DNA of 64,000 nucleotides, from contig JAHPZH010000003.1 of assembly GCA_019058315.1 (NCBI GenBank), positions 492,451 to 556,450 on the forward strand, written 5' to 3'. The position numbers were made by a program, and so were the translations under genes. Of this stretch, positions 20,849-30,727 are shown piece by piece (position 1 is the stretch's first letter; every line of letters starts with the position of its first letter). The notes under the pieces were generated by a model. It had not been told where the DNA came from and made no database searches. It saw only the letters and a program-made list of their open reading frames with translations. The stretch comes from Candidatus Helarchaeota archaeon (GTDB lineage: Archaea > Asgardarchaeota > Lokiarchaeia > Helarchaeales > RDOG01).

Positions 20849-21094
20849 CTAAGGCATATGGATTGTTAATTTGGCTTTTTTGACAACTGCATTGCAAATT
20901 TCACAAACTTTTTCTTTTTTTTGGGACCCTCCCTTTATCAAAACTGATACTTTTGGGTGTTTACATGTTCGTTGAAGCTCCTTTAATTTGCTATTAAATT
21001 CTTCTTTGGCTTTTGTTACTTCATTATCATAATTTTCTTTTAAATCAATTAATTTTTTTTCCAAATCATCTTTTAATTCTTTATAGGTTACCAT
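20849..21094 (-). CDS. Small coiled-coil protein with C-terminal putative Zn knuckle
   Basis: Heptad-rich N-terminus, CKH...CEIC; GAGG upstream of ATG. Confidence 0.65.
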   Translation of the reverse strand: MVTYKELKDDLEKKLIDLKENYDNEVTKAKEEFNSKLKELQRTCKHPKVSVLIKGGSQKKEKVCEICNAVVKKAKLTIHMP

Positions 21095-21142
21095 TTTTGA
21101 TATTCCTCGATTTTTTTATAGTATCTAATAACTAAATAGACA

Positions 21143-21814
21143 TTAATAAATAAATGGAATTAATCGCTTGGTTTTCTTCATATAGTTCTTATACTCTTCA
21201 CCGAACTCCTCAATTAAAAGTCGTTCTTCCACGATAATTCGTTGTCTAAATACAAAGAAATATAAGATAAAGCAGGAAAATAGCGCAAATATGGTCCGGA
21301 ATACCAATCCAGCTCCAACAACGGCGATCAAACCCCCTGAATACATTGGATGTCGAATTTTGTTATAGATACCATTCGTAATTAATTTATGATCTTCTTC
21401 AATAACTAAATATCCACCTCCATATTTTCCGAGTTGGATTCTACTGAAAAGTGAAATTATCCCTCCAAGAATATAAAGAGATATTCCAATATAAGATATG
21501 ATTAAATTATCCCAAAATGGAAAATGGTTAGAAATAATGCAGATATTTTCGTAATAAAATAAAATATGTATAAATGGGCTCGCAAAAAACAATAGTAGTA
21601 TTATTATTGTATATTTATCAGCTTCCGCTTTTTCTGATACTTTCCTTATCATCGTATCAAGAAATTGAAAGAGAACTAGGAGAATAAGATATATTTGAAA
21701 ATGAAGAATCGAATATATTTCAGGTATGAAAAGATAGAAACAGATATTATAATATAATAAAATTACCAAGCTAAAAAAAATTATTTTTCTTAATATAATA
21801 TGCAACTTTTTCAC
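21143..21814 (-). CDS. Isoprenylcysteine carboxyl methyltransferase/PEMT family membrane methyltransferase
   Basis: HKLITNGIYNKIRHPMYSG, RIIVEERLLIEEFGEEYKNY, RLIPFIY. Confidence 0.9.
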   Translation of the reverse strand: MKKLHIILRKIIFFSLVILLYYNICFYLFIPEIYSILHFQIYLILLVLFQFLDTMIRKVSEKAEADKYTIIILLLFFASPFIHILFYYENICIISNHFPFWDNLIISYIGISLYILGGIISLFSRIQLGKYGGGYLVIEEDHKLITNGIYNKIRHPMYSGGLIAVVGAGLVFRTIFALFSCFILYFFVFRQRIIVEERLLIEEFGEEYKNYMKKTKRLIPFIY

Positions 21815-21856
21815 CTCTTTACTATTAAATAATAAAAAAAAATAAAAAATATTATT

Positions 21857-22927
21857 CTAATGAATTTCGCGTTTCTCTGTTATTACACATGCGGCAACCA
21901 ATGGCAAAATGACCAGCGAAATAAATTCTATCATCCCAACTGTTGAATCGACGAATTGTCCTAAGAATACTGTTGTAAAAACATCTGTATAACCATATTG
22001 AACGATAACATCAAAAATTGCATCCCAAAAAACGAATCCCAGTATATAATCATTCATCAAACTGTATACCACTGTGGTAAGGTCCAAATATTTCAAAGGT
22101 TCTGCTAGTGCACCAACAAATAGCATCATTATTGTAATAAGCATGGTTAGACCGAATAATAAGGTTAGGGAAACTATTGCGGCAAAAACTGCACGATTAA
22201 GTAGAGAAGACAGTAGTGTTGTAATGGAACCAGTTGCTAATATAAATAACCATGTTAATAGAGTGAGATTAATTGGCATATCGATTGTCTCTGCAATTCC
22301 TGCAATAATTAAGTTCATTTTACCGAAAATTGAAATGGCATATACAAAATACATACAGAAATACACAATAGTCGTAAATAGTAGACTTATCAATGCAAAG
22401 GCAAGAAATCTTATAAGTACCAATTGAGTTCTATAGATCGGCTTGGAAGCATATATTTTCAAGGTGCCCTTCTCTCTATCTCCTGCAATTATACCACAAC
22501 ATAATACCGTGACAGGTGCAAACATTGGAACATTAGCATAGAAAATTGTGGCAAATCCCAAATTTTGAAAACCACCACCAGTATAAAGGCCCATTGCACT
22601 TGAAAATAAAGCTCTAAATGTATTTATAGCACCATCATTACTAAATTGCAACAGATAAAAAGGGCTATTTAAGAAATTCTGAATATTTACTTCATTTAGG
22701 TACTCTGGATATTGTGTTAAAGCAAATGAAATCAGGGTAAATAACATCGGCAATAGCATCATTAAAATGAAAACTAGATACATCTTGGATGTAATTGCAT
22801 CTTTTAATTCAATATATAATAGAAGGACAGTTTGTTTAACCCTTGATATTCTATTATTATAATCGATTGCTTTTGTATTCGTTAGAACTGGCTTGGGTTT
22901 ATCGACTATTATTTTATCATGTTCCAT
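21857..22927 (-). CDS. ABC-2 type transporter permease
   Basis: IAGDREKGTLKIYASKPIYR motif, multiple TMs, overlaps the ATPase stop. Confidence 0.88.
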   Translation of the reverse strand: MEHDKIIVDKPKPVLTNTKAIDYNNRISRVKQTVLLLYIELKDAITSKMYLVFILMMLLPMLFTLISFALTQYPEYLNEVNIQNFLNSPFYLLQFSNDGAINTFRALFSSAMGLYTGGGFQNLGFATIFYANVPMFAPVTVLCCGIIAGDREKGTLKIYASKPIYRTQLVLIRFLAFALISLLFTTIVYFCMYFVYAISIFGKMNLIIAGIAETIDMPINLTLLTWLFILATGSITTLLSSLLNRAVFAAIVSLTLLFGLTMLITIMMLFVGALAEPLKYLDLTTVVYSLMNDYILGFVFWDAIFDVIVQYGYTDVFTTVFLGQFVDSTVGMIEFISLVILPLVAACVITEKREIH

Positions 22928-23849
22928 GAGCAGTTTCCTCCATAATGTTTAGAAATATTTCTTGTAATCCACCCATTGGAGGTGAATATTTTATTAACTG
23001 AAGGTTATTATCTACGAGAATTTGGGGAATATCTTTTCCTAGTTGGTCAGGATCCGTAGTCTCTGCTAGAATTTTAAAATCCATCCTGGTTATTTTTGAA
23101 ATATAATTAAGATTTTCGAGAGCTGGAATTAGATTTATAGGTTCATTAACGATTATTTCAATTATTGGTTTTTTGTGTATACTTCTTTCTCTTCTAATAT
23201 CTTCAAGAGAGCCTTGAGTTACTACACGGCCATTTGCAATTATACCTATATAGTCACTAACTACCTCAATTTCAGAAAGTATATGGCTTGAAATAAAAAC
23301 TGTAATCCCTTCTTTCACGATAGTTTTGATTTTATTAAGCATATCATCTCTACCGACCGGATCTAGATTACTAGTTGGTTCATCAAGCATTATCAATTTT
23401 GGATTTCCCATTAATGCTTGAGCAAAGCCCAATCTTTGCTTCATTCCTGCACTAAGATCACCTATCCGAGAATCACCCCAACCACCTAAACCAACAAATT
23501 CCAGTAATTCATCAATCTGTTTTTCTATTTCATATCTTGGAAGTAAATTTAGCAATCCAACATAAGCTAAAAAATCCTTCACAAGAATATGACCATGATA
23601 ATCAATCCTTTCAGGTAAAAATCCAATATAGCGATTCGTTTCACTCGTCCTTTTTTTTCCAAAAATCTTTATAGTTCCACTAGTTGGGTTAAGAAGTCCT
23701 AAAATGCATTTTATTGTAGTAGTTTTTCCAGCACCATTCAATCCAAGCAATCCATAACATACGCCTTGAGGAACTTCTAAATCAATATCTCTTATAGCTG
23801 GATAATCACCAAAAAATTTCTTTAAATCCTCAGTTTTAATTGCATACAT
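22917..23849 (-). CDS. ABC transporter ATP-binding protein
   Basis: Walker A GLNGAGKT, LSAGMKQR, LDEPT, SSH; start placed at ATG 23849 behind GGAGG (ORF track 23885). Confidence 0.95.
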   Translation of the reverse strand: MYAIKTEDLKKFFGDYPAIRDIDLEVPQGVCYGLLGLNGAGKTTTIKCILGLLNPTSGTIKIFGKKRTSETNRYIGFLPERIDYHGHILVKDFLAYVGLLNLLPRYEIEKQIDELLEFVGLGGWGDSRIGDLSAGMKQRLGFAQALMGNPKLIMLDEPTSNLDPVGRDDMLNKIKTIVKEGITVFISSHILSEIEVVSDYIGIIANGRVVTQGSLEDIRRERSIHKKPIIEIIVNEPINLIPALENLNYISKITRMDFKILAETTDPDQLGKDIPQILVDNNLQLIKYSPPMGGLQEIFLNIMEETAHGT

Positions 23850-23850
23850 G

Positions 23851-24681
23851 TTAAATCGCCTCCTTAATTTCGCTACTAGGTTCAATAGGCTGTTTAAACC
23901 TATCTTGTTCAGCTCGTTCGAGAGGTTTTATTTTTTCTTTTTTGGGTTTCTTTCTTCTGATTCCTAAAGTTACAATATATACAACAAGTGCAGGAATTAA
24001 TGCAAATAAGAAAATCATCAGACTATAGTAGTCATAAGCAATTCCAAGATTTAATCCAATTATAGATTGTAATTGATAAATCACAATTGAATTTCCTATC
24101 CTGCCTTTATATTCTATTAAAAAACCACTATTTCTATCATAATGAGCCACAGAAAGATCTGCCTTATTCCAATACCATGCAACCTTTGTATTTCTTACTA
24201 GTTGTAGAACCATCATATTTTCTTCGCCAGTAACTACGCTTGTATAATCCTCTATTTCAATGGGTAGTGGCATTTCATTAGGAATATTGATTAAATTCCA
24301 GTAAGGGAGGGACCAGAAAAGGAATTTTTCATCGGAATTATTTACTTTACGAGTCAATAAATTTACTGGATATGTCTTGGTCTCGCTGAAATTTTTGGGA
24401 ATAAAACCTAGTTCAGTTTCAATATCCAATTGAGATATTTCTATTGTTGTTGCATTGATTATTTTTGAAAGCCAAACAATAGTAATTGCTGTATAAGCCT
24501 CAGAGGCAGCTTTCCCTGGGTCTTGATTATAACCTATTTTAGTATAATAGCTCATAAAAGGTGTTATAGGAAACATCGTTGTTGATTGTGGCATGGAATA
24601 TATTGCGCCAGATACTCCTAGACTGACAACTAAAATAATAATTAAATTAATTACTTTAGGACTAGTCAATTTACTTTTCAT
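23851..24681 (-). CDS. Hypothetical membrane-anchored extracellular protein (N- and C-terminal TM)
   Basis: Hydrophobic N-terminus, beta-rich middle with N-x-S/T sequons (NAT, NFS, NNS), C-terminal TM and basic tail; coupled to the ABC genes. Confidence 0.75.
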   Translation of the reverse strand: MKSKLTSPKVINLIIILVVSLGVSGAIYSMPQSTTMFPITPFMSYYTKIGYNQDPGKAASEAYTAITIVWLSKIINATTIEISQLDIETELGFIPKNFSETKTYPVNLLTRKVNNSDEKFLFWSLPYWNLINIPNEMPLPIEIEDYTSVVTGEENMMVLQLVRNTKVAWYWNKADLSVAHYDRNSGFLIEYKGRIGNSIVIYQLQSIIGLNLGIAYDYYSLMIFLFALIPALVVYIVTLGIRRKKPKKEKIKPLERAEQDRFKQPIEPSSEIKEAI

Positions 24682-25402
24682 TTTCTGCTCCTCCTTCTTT
24701 GAGTTCTAATTCTTTCTTTTTTTGTATTTTTTTATGGATCGCATTGACAACTATGATGGTGATAGGGAGTAAGAATGGTAATCCATACATAAGACCAAAG
24801 AATAAAGATCCGAGCTCAGGAATAGTTTCAGTATTTTGGAATATAAATGCAACAAGAGGTTTATCTCCAGAAGAAACATAGAAAGTATTATTCCTTGTAG
24901 AATTTCCAACGAAAATTTGCAAATCAAACGTAAATAAATTAGGTATTCCGTAGACACCTGGAACTAGTAAGAGATTTTCTAAAACCATACCGGAAAAGAT
25001 TTTAGAAGAGCCAATAATGGCATCATTTAGTATAATATCATCTTTAAAATCATTGGATGTAGGCAGAATAATTCCTCTGTTGACTTTTGAACCATTAGAG
25101 ATCCCACGAACTATTACATTTGGAATGGATAGATTAGTAAATACACCAATAGTAAGACCCCATAGACTGATTCCACCATCTTCCAAGATTCCAACATTCG
25201 CGTTAATTGTGATATTTATATCTGTTCCACCAACGAAGAATTTATAATATTCTGCATAATTTATATTTGTCTTGGCATATGTTTTTGGTATTTGTGTACA
25301 ATACAATAGTGTTAAGCATAGTAACATTAGAGAAATTATGGAAATTTTGACTTTTTTCGTCTTTTTTTTCAGTTTTAATTTTTTATTTTTTGTTTTTTCC
25401 AT
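24671..25402 (-). CDS. Hypothetical membrane-anchored extracellular protein, first gene of the ABC operon
   Basis: Lys-rich n-region plus signal-like helix, sequons (NIT, NLS, NGS, NST, NNT), C-terminal TM and basic tail. Confidence 0.75.
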   Translation of the reverse strand: MEKTKNKKLKLKKKTKKVKISIISLMLLCLTLLYCTQIPKTYAKTNINYAEYYKFFVGGTDINITINANVGILEDGGISLWGLTIGVFTNLSIPNVIVRGISNGSKVNRGIILPTSNDFKDDIILNDAIIGSSKIFSGMVLENLLLVPGVYGIPNLFTFDLQIFVGNSTRNNTFYVSSGDKPLVAFIFQNTETIPELGSLFFGLMYGLPFLLPITIIVVNAIHKKIQKKKELELKEGGAENEK

Positions 25403-25671
25403 TTTTATCCCGATTTTTTGTTGATTGTTATTGATTTATTTAGAGAGTGTCTGCGAATTTTAATGCTAGAAATAGCATATATTCGTTTTATATATCCTTT
25501 TTATGCGACTCAATGTTTTTTATGTTTGTCTTTTTAAAGGAAGATCGAAATATTATCTAAACTATAATATTCTTAACTCCTTTCCCCTCCGGAGCTATTT
25601 TGATAGATTGGTATTTATTAAAAAAGTTTTTTTTCATTACATCTCTACAACTTAATTTACATTTAAACGCT

Positions 25672-25716
25672 TATATCTACTGATTCGAGATATATCTATA
25701 TTTTGATAAAGATATA
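25672..25716. promoter_or_regulatory. Candidate PadR-type operator: overlapping inverted repeats TATATCT/AGATATA
   Basis: TATATCT-N9-AGATATA (25672-25694) and TATATCT-N12-AGATATA (25691-25716) between the divergent ABC operon and the PadR gene; AT-rich background weakens this. Confidence 0.3.
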
Positions 25717-25786
25717 TTCTTTTATATAATATCTTTCTCAATAGACCAAAATATTAAAATCAAAATTATCATAAACTAAGATATAT

Positions 25787-26647
25787 ATGAAAAAAACTAA
25801 AAATATTCATCTCGGTTGGCTACAGCAAACATTACTAACAATGTTATATGGTCATGAAATGTATGGGCTACAGATTCAACGTACCTTCAAGTTTTTTGGA
25901 GAAAAAGTTGGTCCAGGTCAGCTATATCCTGCTTTGGCAAAGTTGGAGAAGTTGGGAGCAATCAAAGTTCGGGAGGAGGAGCGGACTGGTGCAAATCGTA
26001 AATTTTACACCACTACAGATGAAGGAAAGATGATTTTACTCCGAAATGCAATAGGATATTTTGCTGTTATGGAATCTATAGCTATGGAAAAATTTGCTTC
26101 TATTCTTGATGAACTGCCGAAACTAGTAAATATTAAACTTGGTACAATTATACTAGATTTTTCCCATGCCTATTTAGAAAAAATATACTCCAAATTAGCT
26201 CCACTTACTGCTCCAATAGGACGTTATTTCATAACTATTAGAGATAAATTTGCTATGAAAATATATAAGGAACGTTTGAACAATAAAGGACTTCAAGACT
26301 TAATTTCAATTTTCGAATTACAAGAAAATAAAATCCCCCTCCCTGATAAATCTGTTGATGTTTGTATTGTTTGTTTTACCCTCCATGAGGATGGGACAGA
26401 TTGGATCATCAGCGAAATAAATAGATTATTAAAGAAAAGTGGAAAAGGTATAATTATTGATATGGTATCTCTTAATGGACATATTGTTGAAGAGATTATG
26501 ACGAATTTTATTCCAAATCATTCCCGTATTGGTATTGATAAGGATATTCTCTTTCCTTTGCTTAAACAAAATAATTTAAATATATCTTATCAAAAAGAGG
26601 AAAAGGGGACTATCATCATAGTTATCGAACCTCGAATTACAGACTAA
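25787..26647 (+). CDS. PadR-family winged-helix regulator fused to a degenerate class I methyltransferase domain
   Basis: MYGLQI..VGPGQLYPALAKLEK..RKFYTTTDEG; C-half IILDFS, LPDKSVDV, LHE, EINRLLKKSG, IIID. Confidence 0.85.
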   Translation: MKKTKNIHLGWLQQTLLTMLYGHEMYGLQIQRTFKFFGEKVGPGQLYPALAKLEKLGAIKVREEERTGANRKFYTTTDEGKMILLRNAIGYFAVMESIAMEKFASILDELPKLVNIKLGTIILDFSHAYLEKIYSKLAPLTAPIGRYFITIRDKFAMKIYKERLNNKGLQDLISIFELQENKIPLPDKSVDVCIVCFTLHEDGTDWIISEINRLLKKSGKGIIIDMVSLNGHIVEEIMTNFIPNHSRIGIDKDILFPLLKQNNLNISYQKEEKGTIIIVIEPRITD

Positions 26648-26704
26648 CTTTTTAGTTTATTAAACTTTTAACCTTAAGCTCGACAATGATGGAAAATTCT
26701 GCGA

Positions 26705-28003
26705 CTATTTAGGTAAAGTTTCTTTAAAATAATATTTGCCAATAACTAGAGATAATAGTGCAAAAATGGCAATCAAGATTGCTGAAAAATAAATTGGCAC
26801 ATTAAATAGAATATTTAATAGAAACATCAGAAATGGATGTATAACGCCTCCGAGTTCATTGAAAAATCTGAATATACCATAGGTTCTCCCTCGTTCTGAA
26901 GGTGCTGATATATCAGTCCAAGTACTCTCAATCGTTGATCTCACAAATGAGCTTGAACCTGAAATTAAGAACACTATTATAAATATTAAAATCGTCGAAA
27001 TCATTAGAAATGAAGCCAATATAGAAAGAATAAGCATCATTAATATTCCTAAATTTGCAGTAAATTTCCTACCTTTTTTATCATTAATTATTCCAGCGAA
27101 GAGAAAGAATATACCCAATCCTAAAGAGAATGGTAATGTTGTGAATAGAGCACTTTTATCGGGGCTGACAAAAGAAGCCACCAAAATTGGTAAAGTTGTA
27201 GCAATAAACCCAGATTCTGCACCTTCTACAGTGAAGGAGTATATAAATGTAGGAATGAAATTTTCATGTTTTAAAATAGCTTTATAATCAAAATCTTGTT
27301 TTTTTAAGCCTTCAGTGGGCATTGAATCTTTTAAGACTAAAATAATAAAAATAAAAGCAATAATAAAAAGTATAAAAGTCAATGTCAGAAAAGGAGAGAA
27401 ATTATATATATTAAAGAGAATATTTATTGGATTATCCTTATTTAGAAATAAGCTAGAAGCTCCGCCTAATATTGCACCAATTAAATAAAGACCGTCACAA
27501 TATGATTCAGTCTGACCTACCTTTTTATACTTTTCTCCAATATCCCCAGCCATTATATTGAATGTGGTCATAAAAAAGCCTCTACCAGCACCTATAATCA
27601 AAGTTCCAATAATTGCTAGGGCAATAATATTATAAGTGGAAAGAATTAAGCATAAACTCCCAATTAGTGAGATTATTCCGCCAAAGACGATGGTAAATCT
27701 TCTGCCTTTATCATCAGCTATATAACCACAAACAGGTGAAAAGATTCCTTTCATTAATACATGGAGGCTCATTGTTAAAAACGCTAAAGCCCACCCCATT
27801 GATTCAGTTCCCCATGGGAGAACACCAGAACCTAATGGAAGCGGACCTGATAGAGATAAAAATGAATATTCTAGATATCTACTTAATATAGCAAGACCAA
27901 TTCCCCCAGGTATACCTAATAGAAGATTAGTTAGATAAATTCCAATTGTGGCTTTGAAGTATGATTTTTCTTTTTGCATTTGTACTCCCATCTTTTTTAT
28001 CAA
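26705..28003 (-). CDS. Major facilitator superfamily transporter
   Basis: Motif A GYIADDKGRR and its repeat GIINDKKGRK; about 12 TM. Confidence 0.92.
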   Translation of the reverse strand: MIKKMGVQMQKEKSYFKATIGIYLTNLLLGIPGGIGLAILSRYLEYSFLSLSGPLPLGSGVLPWGTESMGWALAFLTMSLHVLMKGIFSPVCGYIADDKGRRFTIVFGGIISLIGSLCLILSTYNIIALAIIGTLIIGAGRGFFMTTFNIMAGDIGEKYKKVGQTESYCDGLYLIGAILGGASSLFLNKDNPINILFNIYNFSPFLTLTFILFIIAFIFIILVLKDSMPTEGLKKQDFDYKAILKHENFIPTFIYSFTVEGAESGFIATTLPILVASFVSPDKSALFTTLPFSLGLGIFFLFAGIINDKKGRKFTANLGILMMLILSILASFLMISTILIFIIVFLISGSSSFVRSTIESTWTDISAPSERGRTYGIFRFFNELGGVIHPFLMFLLNILFNVPIYFSAILIAIFALLSLVIGKYYFKETLPK

Positions 28004-28056
28004 TAATAATTAAATGATTATAAATTTGGAGTAACCAATTAATAAAATGATCTTTA

Positions 28057-30615
28057 TTAAGCTCCAATTGATTTCAAATATTTCCCAAGCAGTGGAAGGA
28101 GCATTTGTGGAATGAAATTTTTAAAATATCCCCTAGTACCGAACATATAAGTTGTTCTGGAGGGAAAGTTGTCTAAGAAATAAGGACGAGTAATTTCACC
28201 ATTAAATTCAGGAGGTGCGCCATATGATTTTGCTCGTTCCCAGAGAGAATCGTTAAACCCAATCTCTTTCCAATCTGCTAATTCGGTTTTATTTGTTTTC
28301 CAAGTTTCATCAGATTTTATTACTTGCATTTCATCATTTTCAAAATAAATTTCAACATAAATATTAATTGCATTTACATCATACACATAATTCGCAGCTT
28401 CTACTGTTATGACGTTTTTTTCTTGTAGATGTTCATTAATATCAAAAATTTTTACTCTTTCATCAATAGGTCTTACTGCGAGAGTGAATCTACTGAAAAC
28501 TTCTCCAAGCTCAGTTTCATTGATTGATATTTTCATATAATGATTTGAAATTCCTTGAAGAAATGCTTTTTTAACTTTTCGATTCGAAAGGGTGAAAGTT
28601 TTTCGGAAATATCGATAATCTTGATGTAAACTTTTTTCGGGATATCCTATCCATTCCGATTCCAAAAATGGATTGGTCCAGCTAATATCATTTTCAATTT
28701 CCTCTAGTTTATTTTTATATAGATAATCAAGCCAATCATAATAGGGCAATAATCTTTTAAGACTATCCGGTTTTGCACAACGTAACCAAAGTTCTGGGTA
28801 AATTTCTTTAATGTTTTTAAAATCATCTCTCAATTTGGATAGTAAATTTATCGCTTCTTTTTTATTTTCTGCAGAAATAGGAGTTTTCTCAAGTAAGCTT
28901 GAAATTTTAAGAGAATAGAGATTTTTATTGGCATAAAACTTTGCAATTTGTGCAGAAAATTTTAAATAATCTATATATTCCCTATTCTTTTTTATTAGCG
29001 GCTCAATGGCTTCAATTTTTTTCTGGGTTAACTCCATTTTTTGAAGCAATTTTTTCATTTTTCCTGTATTGATTTTTGGTTTTTTTGATGGAAAAGGATG
29101 TCTCCAGAAGAGGTGAAAAAATATTGGAACAGCCAACATTCTTGAAATAGTTCCAGTAATAATCCTGTTAACCCAACCAAGAGAATAGAATATATCTGTC
29201 ATTCTTTCGTCAATAATTCCGAAAAATTCTTTATTAAAAGCTTTATGAAACCGTTCTAGATTAAAATCTGGTGTATTCCAAGACACATCTGCTGACAAAG
29301 AAAAGCCGAAAAGGCGATGGTCCCGAAAACTTTCATTTCCAAAGTCCCCCCAGCTTGATACACCCGTTCCTAAAACTTTTTCCCCTCTTTTATGTCCATA
29401 TTTTGTTAGTGCAACAATATTTTTAATACATTTCTTTATATCTGGGAAATTGCGACTCCAACTAAAAACTGTGGGACTAACAATGACAGAAAATCCTGCT
29501 TTTTGAAGTTTTTTTATCAATCTGAAATTAAAATGGAGGAAATATTCCCAAAAAAATATAATTATATCTTTTGGTAAACTCTTGCGGATTTTATCGTATT
29601 TGATTACGGTATCATGATACATTATAATTTGATCTTTACCATGCGTTCTTAAAATATCAAACATCCAATTATAAAAATCGAGTAAAGCAATTTCTTTTCC
29701 TTTTTGTTCTAAATATTTTTTAGATTTATAGCGACCAAAATCAAATAATTCATCTAAAGTAATATGAAAATAATTCGACGAGAAATTTGTACACAGCTCA
29801 TCGAGACAATCTTTGATAAATAAGCGAACTTTCTCATTTGAGATATCAAAAGTTTGTGCACCAGGGAATTCACCCAAATCTCGATATCCAGGAACGAGTA
29901 AAACATTATCCACATGACCAGTTAGACAGACTAATGGGACAATCTCCATAAAATATTTTTTTGCATATTCTTGTATTTCTGAAATTTCTTCTTTTGTCAG
30001 CGGATCCCTTCCAATCCCAATATTAGGATGTTTCTCATAATAAAAAATATCACATTCATAACCGAAAATGAAGAAATTTATTTTGAAACGACTTAATATT
30101 CGAATAAATTTTTTCATGTTTTCAACAGTAGGAACTTGACCCCTACTGATGTCATCAGCTATAGCTCGTATTTTAAAATTGGGAAAATCAATAATAGTAA
30201 TTTCTGGGAGAGAAACTTCATTTTGATTAGAATTTAGTAATTGAAGTATAGTTTGTATTCCATAAAAAACTCCTTTTTCAGATTCTGCTATTAATCTTAC
30301 CTCATTTTTTCCAATTGTTAAAGAATATCCTTCCTCAGTTTGCTTAACACTATCAAATACTGGTAATTCTATGCCTTCAACCACTTTTTCTTTCGTATCA
30401 GAAATTTGGGGTGCATTTAAGAAAGATAATTCTTCATTTATTAAATCTTGAAAAAAAACAAGATTTTCAACGTTATCATATAGCAGTTCAATGGATTCTG
30501 TCAAATAATATGATTTATCACCTACTATCATGCTTTGAGGTTGAGGTATAATAAGCAATTCTCTAGAAATTGGATAAGATTTTTCTTTTAAACCAGTAAT
30601 TATTAATTTTTTCAA
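28057..30615 (-). CDS. GH20 beta-N-acetylhexosaminidase with C-terminal CBM67/rhamnosidase-N-like beta domain
   Basis: IIPQPQ, EGYSL, GVFYGIQT, DFPNFKIR, DDISRG, GHVD, catalytic FHITLDE; C-terminal WIGY..YFRKTF..SDETWK..FNDSLW. Confidence 0.88.
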   Translation of the reverse strand: MKKLIITGLKEKSYPISRELLIIPQPQSMIVGDKSYYLTESIELLYDNVENLVFFQDLINEELSFLNAPQISDTKEKVVEGIELPVFDSVKQTEEGYSLTIGKNEVRLIAESEKGVFYGIQTILQLLNSNQNEVSLPEITIIDFPNFKIRAIADDISRGQVPTVENMKKFIRILSRFKINFFIFGYECDIFYYEKHPNIGIGRDPLTKEEISEIQEYAKKYFMEIVPLVCLTGHVDNVLLVPGYRDLGEFPGAQTFDISNEKVRLFIKDCLDELCTNFSSNYFHITLDELFDFGRYKSKKYLEQKGKEIALLDFYNWMFDILRTHGKDQIIMYHDTVIKYDKIRKSLPKDIIIFFWEYFLHFNFRLIKKLQKAGFSVIVSPTVFSWSRNFPDIKKCIKNIVALTKYGHKRGEKVLGTGVSSWGDFGNESFRDHRLFGFSLSADVSWNTPDFNLERFHKAFNKEFFGIIDERMTDIFYSLGWVNRIITGTISRMLAVPIFFHLFWRHPFPSKKPKINTGKMKKLLQKMELTQKKIEAIEPLIKKNREYIDYLKFSAQIAKFYANKNLYSLKISSLLEKTPISAENKKEAINLLSKLRDDFKNIKEIYPELWLRCAKPDSLKRLLPYYDWLDYLYKNKLEEIENDISWTNPFLESEWIGYPEKSLHQDYRYFRKTFTLSNRKVKKAFLQGISNHYMKISINETELGEVFSRFTLAVRPIDERVKIFDINEHLQEKNVITVEAANYVYDVNAINIYVEIYFENDEMQVIKSDETWKTNKTELADWKEIGFNDSLWERAKSYGAPPEFNGEITRPYFLDNFPSRTTYMFGTRGYFKNFIPQMLLPLLGKYLKSIGA

Positions 30616-30727
30616 ATTAAATCGCCTATTATTGTTTTATTTACAACTCCAGATCTTTTAAAAAATATTTGAGATAATATTTACAAAAATTAATAACCCA
30701 TAAAAAATTGTTATTGATAAAAAAAAA

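Noticed and set aside
21143-21814. ICMT-family enzyme as modifier of the small GTPases
   Set aside because: The GTPases lack C-terminal CAAX/CC motifs, the gene is 12 kb away, and the family is widespread in prokaryotes
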